The notes: generated from the letters alone by a model not told the origin. Positions 35,867 to 45,906 are shown, counted from the stretch's first letter. The stretch is 64,000 nt of DNA from Candidatus Aenigmatarchaeota archaeon (GCA_963726265.1 CAVSBQ010000002.1:959334-1023333), one strand, 5' to 3'. Numbers and translations are program-made.

Positions 35867-37831
35867 ATGGCTCTTGATCTCTTGCTCATCGCTCTGGGAA
35901 GCGGCATATTCTCTATTCTTGTCGCGCTGCTTATCGCGTGGCGGGTTAACAGGTATGACAAGGGCAACGACAGGATGAACGAGATCGCGGGCCACATAAG
36001 GACCGGCGCCTACGCCTTTCTGAGAAGGCAGTACAAGACGATCGCCATAATCGGCGTGATAGTCGCCGTCCTGCTTGGAATTTTCTTTTCGTGGCAGACG
36101 GGCTTCGCCTTCATTCTCGGCGTCGCAGCCTCGTTAGTCGCCGGCTTCCTCGGCATGGACGTCGCGACCCGCGCGAACATTCGCACCGCAAACGCGGCGA
36201 GGAAAAGCCTGAATGCGGCCATAAAGGTTTCGTTTCTGGGCGGGCTCGTCATGGGCCTCGCGGTCATGGGGCTTAGCCTCATCGGCGTGACTTCGTTATA
36301 CATGCTTTTCGGCGACCCCAAGATGATCGTGGGCTTCGGCTTCGGCGCGTCGCTCGCCGCGCTGTTCGCGCAGCTGGGCGGCGGCATTTACACGAAAGCG
36401 GCTGACATAGGCGCCGATTTGGTCGGCAAGGTGGAAAAAGGGATTCCTGAAGACGACCCGCGCAACCCGGCCGTCATAGCCGACCTCGTCGGAGACAACG
36501 TCGGCGACTGCGCGGGACGCGGCGCCGACCTGTTCGAATCCATAACCGCCGAGAACATCGGAGCCATGGTGCTCGGCATCGCCTTCATGCCGGTGTTCGG
36601 CATCTACGGCATAATTTTCCCGCTCCTTGCAAGGTCCGTCGGCATATACGCGACTATGATAGGCTCGTTCTTCGTGAGGGGGAAAGAGGGCCAGAACCCG
36701 ATGCGCGCCCTATGGAAGGGCCTGATCGTGACCGCGGTGATAGCGGGCATAGCCTTCTACCCGCTGGTGATGAGCACGCTTGGCAACGTAAACTATTATT
36801 ACATATCACTGATAGGCATCGTCTCCAGCATACTGATAGCGCTCATAACGGAATACTACACGGCCAAGCATCACAGACCGGTGAGGAGCATCGCGAGATC
36901 GTCGCACACGGGCGCGGCCACCAACATCATAACCGGCTTCGCCGTCGCGCTCGAGGCCGCGGCGCTTCCCGTCGTTGTCATATGCATGGCGCTGCTCGCG
37001 TCGTTCATGCTCGGCGGCATCTACGGGACGGCGGTCGCGACCATGGGAATGCTGGCGACGACCGGCATGATACTCGCCATGGACGTCTTCGGCCCGATAA
37101 CCGACAACGCTGGCGGCATAGTGGAAATGTCGAAGCTCGACGAGAAGACGCGCCATCGCACGGACAGCCTCGACGCCGTGGGCAACACGACCAAAGCGCT
37201 TACGAAAGGGTATGCGATGGGCGTCGCAGCGCTCTCGGCGTTCCTGCTGTTCTCCGCGTATTTCGAGGTTGCGGGCCTCACCTCGATAGACGTAGCCAAG
37301 CCGACGGTCTTCGTCGGCGCTTTCCTCGGCGCGCTTCTGCCGTTCCTGTTCTCCTCGCTCGCCATAAGGGCGGTCGGGAAAGCGGCGGAGGACATGATCA
37401 ACGAGGTCCGCCGCCAGTTCAAGCACATACCAGGCCTCATGAAAGGCAAGGCCGAACCGGACTACGCCAAATGCGTTGACATAAGCGTGCGCGCATCGCT
37501 GCGCGAGATGATACTGCCCGGCCTTCTGGTGGTAGTGGCGCCGATAGTCGTCGGCGTATGGCTCAGGGCGGAGGCCGCGGGCGGCTTCCTTATCGGCGCG
37601 ACAATTTCCGGCATACTGCTCGCCATGACCATGAACACGGGCGGAGGCGCCTGGGACAACGCCAAGAAGCATCTCGAGGCGGAGGGCCACAGGGGCACGG
37701 ATGCGCATAAGGCGTCGGTGGTAGGCGACACGGTCGGCGACCCGTTCAAGGATACGGCCGGCCCAAGCCTGCACGTGCTGGTCAAGCTGCTCAACACGCT
37801 CGCGCTGATTTTCGTAGTGTTTTTCATATAG
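35867..37831 (+). CDS. hppA: membrane-bound pyrophosphatase, K+-independent signature
   Basis: 654 aa with [36 protein letters not shown] and DAVGNTTKALTKGYAMG. The Lys in GNTTK is the K+-independent hallmark. Confidence 0.9.
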   Translation: MALDLLLIALGSGIFSILVALLIAWRVNRYDKGNDRMNEIAGHIRTGAYAFLRRQYKTIAIIGVIVAVLLGIFFSWQTGFAFILGVAASLVAGFLGMDVATRANIRTANAARKSLNAAIKVSFLGGLVMGLAVMGLSLIGVTSLYMLFGDPKMIVGFGFGASLAALFAQLGGGIYTKAADIGADLVGKVEKGIPEDDPRNPAVIADLVGDNVGDCAGRGADLFESITAENIGAMVLGIAFMPVFGIYGIIFPLLARSVGIYATMIGSFFVRGKEGQNPMRALWKGLIVTAVIAGIAFYPLVMSTLGNVNYYYISLIGIVSSILIALITEYYTAKHHRPVRSIARSSHTGAATNIITGFAVALEAAALPVVVICMALLASFMLGGIYGTAVATMGMLATTGMILAMDVFGPITDNAGGIVEMSKLDEKTRHRTDSLDAVGNTTKALTKGYAMGVAALSAFLLFSAYFEVAGLTSIDVAKPTVFVGAFLGALLPFLFSSLAIRAVGKAAEDMINEVRRQFKHIPGLMKGKAEPDYAKCVDISVRASLREMILPGLLVVVAPIVVGVWLRAEAAGGFLIGATISGILLAMTMNTGGGAWDNAKKHLEAEGHRGTDAHKASVVGDTVGDPFKDTAGPSLHVLVKLLNTLALIFVVFFI

Positions 37832-37900
37832 CGCTGAAACAGGCAATTTCATATAAAGGGCGGCGCACAATTATTATATTGAGGGTTACTTTCATCAGCG

Positions 37901-39883
37901 ATGGGAGGGATGTTCATGGAGTTTCTGGAGGCGTTCGTCTGGATATCCGGCATAATCGCCCTTGTTTTCGCAGGCTACCTTGCATGGTCGCTTAAGAAGA
38001 AGCCGCACGGCGACGACAAGATGAAGGAGATAGGCGGGCTCGTCCACAGAGGCGCCATGACATACCTGAGCAAGCAGTATAAGATCCTCACGGTCTTCGT
38101 CATCGCCATGGCAGTCGTCCTCCTCGTGGCCGTTAACAGGGAAACTGCCGCCTCGTTCATACTCGGCGCGTTCTTCTCCGCGCTCACTGGCAACATAGGC
38201 ATGCGCATCGCGACGACCTCCAACTCGAAAACGGCGGAAGGCTGCAGGAAAAGCCTTAACGACGGTCTGCGCGTCGCGTTCTCTTCGGGGACGGTCATGG
38301 GCATGTGCGTCGTGGGCATAGGCCTGCTCGGCGTCGCGCTGCTTTATTTTGTTTTCGGCAGCCCGCAGATAATCTACGGCTTCGGCTTCGGCGCGTCGTC
38401 CATCGCGCTCTTCGCCAGGGTCGGAGGCGGGATATTCACGAAGGCCGCGGATGTCGGCGCTGACTTAGTCGGCAAGGTCGAGAAAGGCATTCCTGAAGAC
38501 GACCCGAGAAACCCGGCCGTCATAGCCGACCTCGTCGGCGACAACGTCGGCGACGTCGCGGGCATGGGCGCCGACCTTTTCGAGAGCTATGTCAATTCCA
38601 TAATAGCGGCGATGGCGATAGGCGTCATTTTCTCGTCTTTCCAGGGAGCCATGCTCCCGCTCGCGCTCGCAGCGCTCGGCATCCTCGCTTCAGTCGCGGG
38701 AACGCTGTTCGTCAGGACCAGCGGGCGCACGGGAGTGAAAGGCGCCATATCGGCCTTCAACAAGGGCATCTTCGCCTCTTCGGCAATAATGTTCGTGCTT
38801 TCCTACTTCCTCATAGCCTACGCGGGCGCGCAGGTCGGCGTGTGGTACGCGACCGTCACCGGCCTTGTAGTCGGCGTGGTCATAGGCCTCGCGACCGAAT
38901 ATTACACCTCGAAGGACAGGGGGCCCACGCAGGGCATCGCCGAGGCGTCGCAGACCGGCGCCGGGACGAACGTCATAAAAGGCCTCGCCGTCGGCATGAA
39001 GAGCACGTTCATCCCGGTCATGGCAGTCGGGGCGGCGATACTCATCTCGTATTATTTCGCCGGCTTTTACGGCATCGCCATCGCAGCGGTAGGCATGCTT
39101 TCAACCCTCGGCATCACGCTCGCTACGGACACCTACGGCCCGGTCGCCGACAACGCAGCCGGCATTTCAGAAATGGCAGGCCTCGAGGACGAAATCAGGG
39201 AGCACGCGGAGACCCTCGATTCCGTCGGTAACACGACCGCCGCGATGGGCAAGGGCTTCGCAATCGCTTCGGCAGCGCTCACAGCGCTCGCGTTGTTCGT
39301 GACGTTCTCGCAGACCTTCGGCATTTCGTCGATGTCGCTCACCAACCCCTATGTGGTGACCGGACTGTTCCTCGGCGCGCTGCTGCCGTTCCTGTTCTCC
39401 TCTTACGCGATGGACGCGGTCGGCAAGACGGCCATGAAGATAGTGGATGAAGTCCGCCGCCAGTTCAGGGAAATACCGGGCCTCATGAAAGGCAAGGCGC
39501 AGCCCGACTACAAACGCTGCATAGAGATCTCCACGCAGGCTTCGCTCAGGGAGATGATAATCCCAGGTTCGATGGCGATAGCCGCCCCCCTGCTGGTAGG
39601 CTTTTTGCTCGGGCCAGGAGCGCTCGGCGGCCTGCTCGCGGGCGCGACTGCGACCGGCTTCCTGCTGGCCGTCATGATGGCCAACGCCGGAGGCGCCTGG
39701 GACAACGCTAAGAAATACATAGAAGCTGGCAATCTCGGCGGCAAGGGCAGCGACACGCACAAGGCCGCGGTCGTCGGCGACACGGTTGGCGACCCGTTCA
39801 AGGACACGGCCGGCCCGAGCCTGAACATACTAATCAAGCTGATGTCGATCGTCGCTCTCGTCTTCGCGCCGCTGTTCCTTTGA
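37901..39883 (+). CDS. hppA: membrane-bound pyrophosphatase, K+-dependent signature
   Basis: 660 aa. Same family motifs but [18 protein letters not shown]. The Ala in GNTTA plus GKG is the K+-dependent hallmark. Confidence 0.9.
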   Translation: MGGMFMEFLEAFVWISGIIALVFAGYLAWSLKKKPHGDDKMKEIGGLVHRGAMTYLSKQYKILTVFVIAMAVVLLVAVNRETAASFILGAFFSALTGNIGMRIATTSNSKTAEGCRKSLNDGLRVAFSSGTVMGMCVVGIGLLGVALLYFVFGSPQIIYGFGFGASSIALFARVGGGIFTKAADVGADLVGKVEKGIPEDDPRNPAVIADLVGDNVGDVAGMGADLFESYVNSIIAAMAIGVIFSSFQGAMLPLALAALGILASVAGTLFVRTSGRTGVKGAISAFNKGIFASSAIMFVLSYFLIAYAGAQVGVWYATVTGLVVGVVIGLATEYYTSKDRGPTQGIAEASQTGAGTNVIKGLAVGMKSTFIPVMAVGAAILISYYFAGFYGIAIAAVGMLSTLGITLATDTYGPVADNAAGISEMAGLEDEIREHAETLDSVGNTTAAMGKGFAIASAALTALALFVTFSQTFGISSMSLTNPYVVTGLFLGALLPFLFSSYAMDAVGKTAMKIVDEVRRQFREIPGLMKGKAQPDYKRCIEISTQASLREMIIPGSMAIAAPLLVGFLLGPGALGGLLAGATATGFLLAVMMANAGGAWDNAKKYIEAGNLGGKGSDTHKAAVVGDTVGDPFKDTAGPSLNILIKLMSIVALVFAPLFL

Positions 39884-39933
39884 CTGAAGCGGAAACAAAA
39901 TAAAAAAGAGAAAAAAAGAAAGATTTTTATTTT

Positions 39934-40353
39934 TTACTTCAGCGTTTTCGCGAATATCAGCCCTGCGCATATTGCCTGGACCAAGCTGCTGACGCTCCAG
40001 CTCTCCACCATGACCAGCGATACCGGGAAGCTGCTGTAGGACATGGCCATCCCCGGGATCGTGATTATCCAGTACACGATGCCGAAAAACGCGCCCTTCT
40101 TCAGTGCGTCCGTCTCCTTTATCTTGTCCTTCAGGTTAAGCCACAGCCACGCAAGTATGAGGCCGGTCGCGAAAGGCACTGCATAATACAGCGACATCAG
40201 CGGGTCTGACCATGGGCGGAAGAGCGCAGGATTGTAGTATTCCGCGGCCAGGCCAGGGAACGCGACGGAGAATATCTGCCCCACCACCATTCCCGCCACC
40301 AGCATCACCAGGCCTGCGAGAAGGCCGAAAACAACCGCATTCGTCTTCATCAT
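39934..40353 (-). CDS. small integral membrane protein, hypothetical
   Basis: 139 aa with four hydrophobic helices. Confidence 0.4.
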   Translation of the reverse strand: MMKTNAVVFGLLAGLVMLVAGMVVGQIFSVAFPGLAAEYYNPALFRPWSDPLMSLYYAVPFATGLILAWLWLNLKDKIKETDALKKGAFFGIVYWIITIPGMAMSYSSFPVSLVMVESWSVSSLVQAICAGLIFAKTLK

Positions 40354-40435
40354 GACACCTCCTGTATAAATTTTATCCCATCTCCCTTTTAACTTTTAAG
40401 CTAAAACTTTTTAATCAGGCCATTTAATTCTACTC

Positions 40436-41473
40436 ATGCTCGTCGGCGGCAGGCATTATCGCAGCGTGTGGCTAGAAGGCGGAAGCGTCAAGATCATCAA
40501 CCAGGTTCTTTTGCCCCACAGGTTCGAAATCGCCAGCCTGCGCAGGCCCGATGAAATCACCCGCGCGATAAGGACGATGATGGTGCGCGGGGCGCCGGCA
40601 ATCGGCGCGGCGGCGGCGTATGGCATGGCGCTAGGCATTTACAACGCTCCGCAGAAAGGCTTTGAGAGGCGTATCGCGGACATCGAAAAGGCGCTCAAGG
40701 CCGCGAGACCAACGGCGTATGATTTATTCCACGGCGTTGATTTCGTTCTCGAATCCCTGGAAAAAGCCGCTTCGAAGGACATGCGGACAAAAAGGAAGCT
40801 CGCTCTTAAGGCGGCGGAAGCGTATGCCAACGCTTCCATCGACGCGTGCAGGAAGATAGGCGAGCACGGCTCGAAACTAATCAAAAATAATTTCAGAATC
40901 GCCACGCACTGCAACGCGGGCTGGGTCGCGTGCGTGGACTGGGGGACCGCGCTCTCGCCCATATACTTCGCCAGCCGCCAGGGCAAAAAGATTTTCGTTT
41001 ACGTCGACGAAACCCGCCCGCGCCTCCAGGGAGCGAAGCTCACTTCATGGGAGCTGCTTAACGAAGGCGTAGCCCACGCCGTCATCGCGGACAACGCCCT
41101 CGGCCATTACATGCGGCGCGGCGAAATAGACATGATGCTCGTCGGCGCGGATCGCATCGCCATGAATGGCGACTTCGCGAACAAGATAGGCACGTATGAA
41201 AAGGCCGTCATAGCGAAGGAAAACAAAATCCCATTCTACGTCGCCGCCCCGTCAAGCACCTTCGATTTCAAATGCAAATCCGGCGAGGCCATACCAATCG
41301 AGGAGCGGGACGAAAGCGAGGTCCACTTCATCGAAGAAAAGCGCATAACCCCGGAGGGAGCGAGGGCGATGAACCCCGCCTTCGACGTCACGCCCGCGCG
41401 ATACGTCACGGCCTTCATCACCGAGAGGGGCGTCATGAAGCCCGGCGCCATAAAACGCGCCTACAGGAAATAA
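40436..41473 (+). CDS. MtnA/e2b2-family sugar-phosphate isomerase (ribose-1,5-bisphosphate or methylthioribose-1-phosphate isomerase)
   Basis: 345 aa with VRGAPAIGAAAAYG, THCNAG (catalytic Cys) and VGADRIAMNGDFANKIGTY (catalytic Asp). Confidence 0.8.
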   Translation: MLVGGRHYRSVWLEGGSVKIINQVLLPHRFEIASLRRPDEITRAIRTMMVRGAPAIGAAAAYGMALGIYNAPQKGFERRIADIEKALKAARPTAYDLFHGVDFVLESLEKAASKDMRTKRKLALKAAEAYANASIDACRKIGEHGSKLIKNNFRIATHCNAGWVACVDWGTALSPIYFASRQGKKIFVYVDETRPRLQGAKLTSWELLNEGVAHAVIADNALGHYMRRGEIDMMLVGADRIAMNGDFANKIGTYEKAVIAKENKIPFYVAAPSSTFDFKCKSGEAIPIEERDESEVHFIEEKRITPEGARAMNPAFDVTPARYVTAFITERGVMKPGAIKRAYRK

Positions 41474-41508
41474 CTTTCCGCAGCTGGAATCTTTAAATAG
41501 TTCTAAAA

Positions 41509-41524
41509 TATAACATATGTTATA
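41509..41524. promoter_or_regulatory. 16-bp perfect palindrome TATAACATATGTTATA abutting the MNT start codon; candidate operator
   Basis: Read directly from the sequence. It lies between the TATA-like ctttaaatag (41491-41500) and the ATG at 41524. Confidence 0.4.
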
Positions 41525-42138
41525 TGAAGAAACCATATAGTCTTAAAAGAGAACAAAAGTTGTATAATGTCGAAACCGCAAGGCAGAAAGTTATCGAATT
41601 TCTGTTCAGATATCCTGAAAAGGAGTTCAGCCTCAGCGATCTTGCCAAAGAGGCTGGAGTGGCAAAGGCCAACATAGGCAGAATTATAGAAGAATTTCGT
41701 GCAGCGGGTTTTATAGAAATCGAAAAACTTAGCAAAATATGGAGAATAAAAGCAAACACGAGAAATCCTGACTTTGTAAACGGTAAAGTGCTATACAACC
41801 TAAGCCAGATATACAATAGCAACTTTGTCGCTTTTCTTGACGATTATTTCGGAAATCCGAAGGCCATCGTTTTGTTTGGCAGTTTCAGAAGAGGTGAAGA
41901 CAATTCTGCTTCGGACATTGACATAGCGATAGAAACGGATGAAACAAAGAGGTATCAGACAATGAGCCTTAAAGAAGTTGTTGGCAAAGACCTCAAAAAA
42001 GATGTTGAAAAATTTGAAGGCGATATTGGAAGAAAAATACAGCTTCACATGTTCAACAGGAAGAGCGTCGACCTGAACGTTTTCAATAACATAGCCAACG
42101 GCATCGTTTTATCAGGCTTTCTGGAGGTACGGCCATGA
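41524..42138 (+). CDS. wHTH-fused minimal nucleotidyltransferase (MNT-type antitoxin-like)
   Basis: The N-terminal wHTH is LSDLAKEAGVAKANIGRIIEEFRAAGFIEIE. The NTase motif is VLFGSFRRGEDNSASDIDIAIE. The stop overlaps the HEPN start (ATGA). Confidence 0.7.
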   Translation: MKKPYSLKREQKLYNVETARQKVIEFLFRYPEKEFSLSDLAKEAGVAKANIGRIIEEFRAAGFIEIEKLSKIWRIKANTRNPDFVNGKVLYNLSQIYNSNFVAFLDDYFGNPKAIVLFGSFRRGEDNSASDIDIAIETDETKRYQTMSLKEVVGKDLKKDVEKFEGDIGRKIQLHMFNRKSVDLNVFNNIANGIVLSGFLEVRP

Positions 42139-42569
42139 GAAAAGATATGATAGACAATCTGGTTAAAATCGGCGAGCTCAGGATAAGACAAAAGGATGCC
42201 GAAAAAATAAAATCAATCATAAAATCAGCTGAAAACACGGCAGGCGTGGTAAAAAGCATCAAACTGGACGAAAACAGCGCCACCGTGATATTCAGGGAAA
42301 TGTACGAAGCGATAAGACAGCTTGGCGATGCGAAATGGTGGCTGCTGGGCTTTGAACCGCTAAATCATGATATCAGTCTCGAAATCCTCAAGGAGTTGGA
42401 CATAAAGGAAAAATTCAGGCTCAATTTCCTGAAACGATTCAAGAAGATAAGGCACGACGCCAATTACAGGGGCTTCAGAGTCACAGCGTCCCAGGCCAAA
42501 GAACTGCTGGATTTCTGGGACATCTGCGGCAAGGAGATTATAACCATCCTGAAAAGGGAGCTGCTATAA
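42135..42569 (+). CDS. HEPN-domain protein (toxin-like partner of MNT)
   Basis: 144 aa, all-helical, with KKIRHDANYRG (HEPN R-x-x-x-x-Y/H region). It is translationally coupled to the MNT gene. Confidence 0.6.
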   Translation: MRKDMIDNLVKIGELRIRQKDAEKIKSIIKSAENTAGVVKSIKLDENSATVIFREMYEAIRQLGDAKWWLLGFEPLNHDISLEILKELDIKEKFRLNFLKRFKKIRHDANYRGFRVTASQAKELLDFWDICGKEIITILKRELL

Positions 42570-42627
42570 CCTTTTTATTTCAGGAACGATTTCTTTATTT
42601 ATCTATATTATCGCATTTTGGTCAGAG

Positions 42628-43425
42628 GTGATGTTTATGGACTGGGGCAAAAGCAATCGTTTGTCGAGGATAATCAGGCATGACGGCCATACCCTGATGC
42701 TCGCCATCGACCACGGTTATTTCCTCGGCCCGACGACGGGCCTGGAAAAGCCCGGGAAGACGATAATGCCGCTTATTCCTTATGCGGACTGCCTGATGCC
42801 GACGCGCGGAGTCCTGCGCAACTGCATAGACCCGAAGATTGACATTCCTGTCGTGCTTCGAGTCTCCGGCGGAACGAGCATCGTGGGCAGGGAGCTTCTG
42901 CACGAAGGCATAACGGTCGCCATGAAGGACGCGGCCAGGCTCAACGTGGCGGGGGTCGCTTTCTCCATAATGGTCGGCTCGGAATACGAGCGCAACACCA
43001 TAATCGGGCTCTCGCAGGTCGTGGACCAGGCCGAGGAGTATGGAATCCCTGTCGTCGCCGTGACGGCGGTGGGGAAGGACATGGTGCGCGACGAGAAGTA
43101 TCTCGCCCTCGCATCACGCATAGCCGCGGAACACGGCGCGAGCATAGTCAAGACGTATTACTGCGACCGCTTCGAACGGGTCGTCGACACGTGCACCGTC
43201 CCCGTCGTGATAGCGGGCGGGAAGAAGCTGCCTGAGATGGAGGCGTTGGAGATGGCCTACAAGGCGATACAGGCCGGCGCTGCCGGCGTGGACATGGGCC
43301 GCAACATCTTCCAGGCCGACGATCCCGTGGCGATGATAAAGGCCGTGAGGGCGATAGTCCACGACAAGGCGAACCCGAAGGAAGCTTACAGCATTCTCAA
43401 GGCGAACTCCAGGAAAAAGAAGTAA
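42628..43425 (+). CDS. class I aldolase of the DhnA/FbaB/LsrF family (COG1830)
   Basis: 265 aa with LAIDHG..., GASIVKTYY (Schiff-base Lys context) and VIAGG...[14 protein letters not shown]. Possible starts are GTG 42628, ATG 42631 and ATG 42637. Confidence 0.7.
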   Translation: MMFMDWGKSNRLSRIIRHDGHTLMLAIDHGYFLGPTTGLEKPGKTIMPLIPYADCLMPTRGVLRNCIDPKIDIPVVLRVSGGTSIVGRELLHEGITVAMKDAARLNVAGVAFSIMVGSEYERNTIIGLSQVVDQAEEYGIPVVAVTAVGKDMVRDEKYLALASRIAAEHGASIVKTYYCDRFERVVDTCTVPVVIAGGKKLPEMEALEMAYKAIQAGAAGVDMGRNIFQADDPVAMIKAVRAIVHDKANPKEAYSILKANSRKKK

Positions 43426-43468
43426 GATGGAAAGGCAAAATCAAAGGTAAGGGTTTAGGGGTGATGGT

Positions 43469-43779
43469 ATGGTTTGTTATCTGGTTCCGTTAACAGTGGG
43501 CATCGTCACTGCGCTGAGAAGGAAAGCCATGCACAGGAAGGACAAGGAGGGCTTCTGGCTCAGCCTGATGTTCGGCGGAGCCTCGATATTCGGCGTGGTC
43601 GACCACCTGTGGAACGGCGAGCTTTTCCTGATACGGCCCGAACATAGCTTCCGACCTCGCCCTCGGCGGCGGTAATAACCGCCGGCGTGTTCGCGGGCTG
43701 GGGGATTATAGTCAGCAAGGACAAAATAACGCAGAGACTCGGCTTCCTCAGCAGGAAGACGGGCATATACCAGCAGTGA
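43469..43779 (+). pseudogene. small membrane protein apparently broken by two closely spaced frameshifts
   Basis: The ORF 43469..43675 ends in RPEHSFRPRPRRR. Hydrophobic protein-like sequence resumes in other frames (GPNIASDLALGGG, then VITAGVFAGWGIIVSKDKITQRLGFLSRKTGIYQQ, stop at 43777-43779). Confidence 0.3.
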
Positions 43780-43799
43780 TTCTCGGGAGGAAGTATGGC

Positions 43800-44819
43800 A
43801 TGAAAGTCGCGATGTATTACAACAACAGTGACATACGCCTTGAGGAGATGCCGATTCCCGAAATCAAGAGCGGCGAGATTCTTCTCAAAGTCATGGCATC
43901 GGGCATCTGCGGCTCGGACATCATGGAGTGGTACCGCATAAAGAAGGCGCCGCTGGTTCTCGGGCATGAAGTCGCAGGCGTAATCGAAAAGACGGGCAAA
44001 AGGGTCAAAAGCTTCAAAAAAGGCGAACGCGTTTTCGTGACGCACCACGTTCCCTGCGACACGTGCGCTTACTGCAGGGACGGCAATGAAACCTCCTGCC
44101 ACACGCTCAAGAACACGAATTTCCATCCAGGCGGCTTCTCCCAGTTCATCCGCGTGCCTGAAATCAACGTCAAAAAAGGCACGCTCCGACTACCGAAAGG
44201 AATGAGCTACGAGGAGGCGACTTTCATCGAGCCGCTCGGATGCGTGGTGCGCGGACAGCGGCTGAACGACATACGCAAGGGCCATCTGGTACTGGTCCTC
44301 GGTTCAGGCATGACCGGCCTGCTCCACATCCAGCTCGCGAAGGCGAAAGGCGCGAAGGTCGTCGCGACCGACGTCAGCGATTTCCGGCTCGCCATGGCGA
44401 ACAAGCTAGGCGCGGACTACGTCATGAACGCGAAGGACAACGTCCCGGAAAGGCTCAAGGCCATCGCGGGAAAGCTGGCCGACCGCGTCATAGTCTCGAC
44501 GGGCGCAGTCGCCGCGATAAGACAGGCATTCTCCTGCGTCGATTCGGGCGGCAGAATCCTGTTCTTCGCCCCGACCGACCCCAACACCGAAATCCCTATA
44601 CCATTCAACGACTTCTGGTTCAAGGGCGCGTCGATAACGACGACGTATGCCGCCGCCAGAAAGGACCTTGAAGAGGCCATAAAGCTAATCAGAACAAAGA
44701 AAGTCAAGGTCAGGCCCATGATCACACACCGCCTCCCCCTAAACCAGACCCAGAAGGGCTTCGGGCTGGTCCTCAGCGGAAAAGATTCGCTGAAGGTCAT
44801 CATCGAGCCACACAAGTGA
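43800..44819 (+). CDS. zinc-dependent medium-chain alcohol/threonine-type dehydrogenase
   Basis: GICGSDIMEW, GHEVAGVIEKTG, CDTCAYCRDGNETSC (structural Zn) and GSGMTGL (NAD fold). The ATG at 43800 is preceded by GGGAGG; the track start is GTG 43776. Confidence 0.8.
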   Translation: MKVAMYYNNSDIRLEEMPIPEIKSGEILLKVMASGICGSDIMEWYRIKKAPLVLGHEVAGVIEKTGKRVKSFKKGERVFVTHHVPCDTCAYCRDGNETSCHTLKNTNFHPGGFSQFIRVPEINVKKGTLRLPKGMSYEEATFIEPLGCVVRGQRLNDIRKGHLVLVLGSGMTGLLHIQLAKAKGAKVVATDVSDFRLAMANKLGADYVMNAKDNVPERLKAIAGKLADRVIVSTGAVAAIRQAFSCVDSGGRILFFAPTDPNTEIPIPFNDFWFKGASITTTYAAARKDLEEAIKLIRTKKVKVRPMITHRLPLNQTQKGFGLVLSGKDSLKVIIEPHK

Positions 44820-44858
44820 CCGTAACAAATAGCCGACATATAGCGATTTGTTGCAAAG

Positions 44859-44870
44859 ATGTTTAAACAT
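44859..44870. promoter_or_regulatory. ATGTTTAAACAT palindrome, copy A (TATA-like), 33 nt before the ATG at 44904
   Basis: Exact 12-mer, followed by AGGCTTTTAAGG. Confidence 0.45.
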
Positions 44871-44903
44871 AGGCTTTTAAGGCCTCTCGTTTAAACTAAT
44901 TTT

Positions 44904-45050
44904 ATGGACGACTTCAGAATAGGCGGCAAAGTAAAGGAGATGCGCCTTAACAACCACATTGTCAAGGTAATAACCCCGAAGGAAAACATCTCTTACGAAG
45001 AATTTGTGAAAAGGGTAGACAAAATTCTCTCCAAAGCCAGGAAAAAATAG
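44904..45050 (+). CDS. 48-aa ORF (possibly AbrB/SpoVT-like), below the ORF-track cutoff
   Basis: MDDFRIGGKVKEMRLNNHIVKVITPKENISYEEFVKRVDKILSKARKK. It converges on the PIN gene with a 6-nt gap. Confidence 0.3.
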   Translation: MDDFRIGGKVKEMRLNNHIVKVITPKENISYEEFVKRVDKILSKARKK

Positions 45051-45056
45051 CCGCAC

Positions 45057-45548
45057 TTATTCGTATTGTTTCATAAGTTTGTCGTCAGTCATTATTTTTT
45101 CATGAAATTCCTTCATCACGCCCAGTTCCCTTTCATGTGTTATGAAAAACAAATCATGCGATTTTGCCAAATCAATATGCATGCAATCAATTATGTGGTG
45201 ATGTTTGTCCACAAAATTAACGATATTTTTAGAAATTATGACGCCTTCTATGTTAACTCCGTTTATTTTTTCCTCTGAAATTATCTTCAAATCCAACGCA
45301 TTCTGAAGTTCTGCCAACAGGTCACGTATATAATTCAGTTTCAGCCCGAAGCCCTGAAAGTCATTTCCGTATCTAAGCGTATGCACAAGTTCCGCGACGG
45401 ATATCAGCGAGATGAATTTTTCTATCTCTTTGTGGTCTATCAGAAATTTTATCACCTGAGGCTCGCTTTTGAATTTTCTTTTGTGCAGCTTATGAAGAAA
45501 CCATCTTATGAGAAGGTTGTTGTCTATGTAAATTTTACAGGGTCTCAT
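45057..45548 (-). CDS. PIN-domain protein
   Basis: MRPCKIYIDNNLL... (first acidic residue), SVAELV, IIDCMHIDLA. The track start at 45593 lies inside palindrome copy B, so the internal Met at 45548 was chosen. Confidence 0.55.
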   Translation of the reverse strand: MRPCKIYIDNNLLIRWFLHKLHKRKFKSEPQVIKFLIDHKEIEKFISLISVAELVHTLRYGNDFQGFGLKLNYIRDLLAELQNALDLKIISEEKINGVNIEGVIISKNIVNFVDKHHHIIDCMHIDLAKSHDLFFITHERELGVMKEFHEKIMTDDKLMKQYE

Positions 45549-45581
45549 TTTCAAGTCTTCTATTCGCCAGTTTATTAAATT

Positions 45582-45593
45582 ATGTTTAAACAT
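45582..45593. promoter_or_regulatory. ATGTTTAAACAT palindrome, copy B, 34 nt before the ATG at 45628
   Basis: Exact 12-mer, followed by AG. Confidence 0.45.
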
Positions 45594-45627
45594 AGCAATA
45601 TAACCGCGCCCCTATCAAATTGTAAAT

Positions 45628-45906
45628 ATGGCCGAAGAAAAGGAGAAAAATTCTCAAGAGAAGCAGTCTAATTCTAAATCGTCGCTTGACAAGGTCGGCG
45701 ACCTGCTCGAGAACGCGGCCAAGGTCGTGAAGGGGCGGAAGACCACGGCGGGCGCATTAATGGCCGCAGTCCTGGGCGGCATGATAAAGCTGACCGTTCT
45801 CACAGAAACGTTTCCCCAGCCCTTCGACGTCGTCGGGAACGTCATCATCTTCGCCGCAATCCTCATGGTCGTAATTGACCTCTGCCGCGGCGGGCTTGAA
45901 GACTAA
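45628..45906 (+). CDS. small membrane protein, hypothetical
   Basis: 92 aa with a charged N-terminus and two hydrophobic helices. Confidence 0.35.
   Translation: MAEEKEKNSQEKQSNSKSSLDKVGDLLENAAKVVKGRKTTAGALMAAVLGGMIKLTVLTETFPQPFDVVGNVIIFAAILMVVIDLCRGGLED

Noticed and set aside
45549-45593. The first 15 codons of the PIN ORF (MFKHNLINWRIEDLK), which begin exactly at the ATGTTTAAACAT palindrome.
   Set aside because: ATG-TTT-AAA-CAT is simply the palindrome read as codons. The typical PIN N-terminus (MRPCKIYIDNN) starts at the internal Met at 45548, and the palindrome better fits the promoter of the plus-strand gene at 45628.
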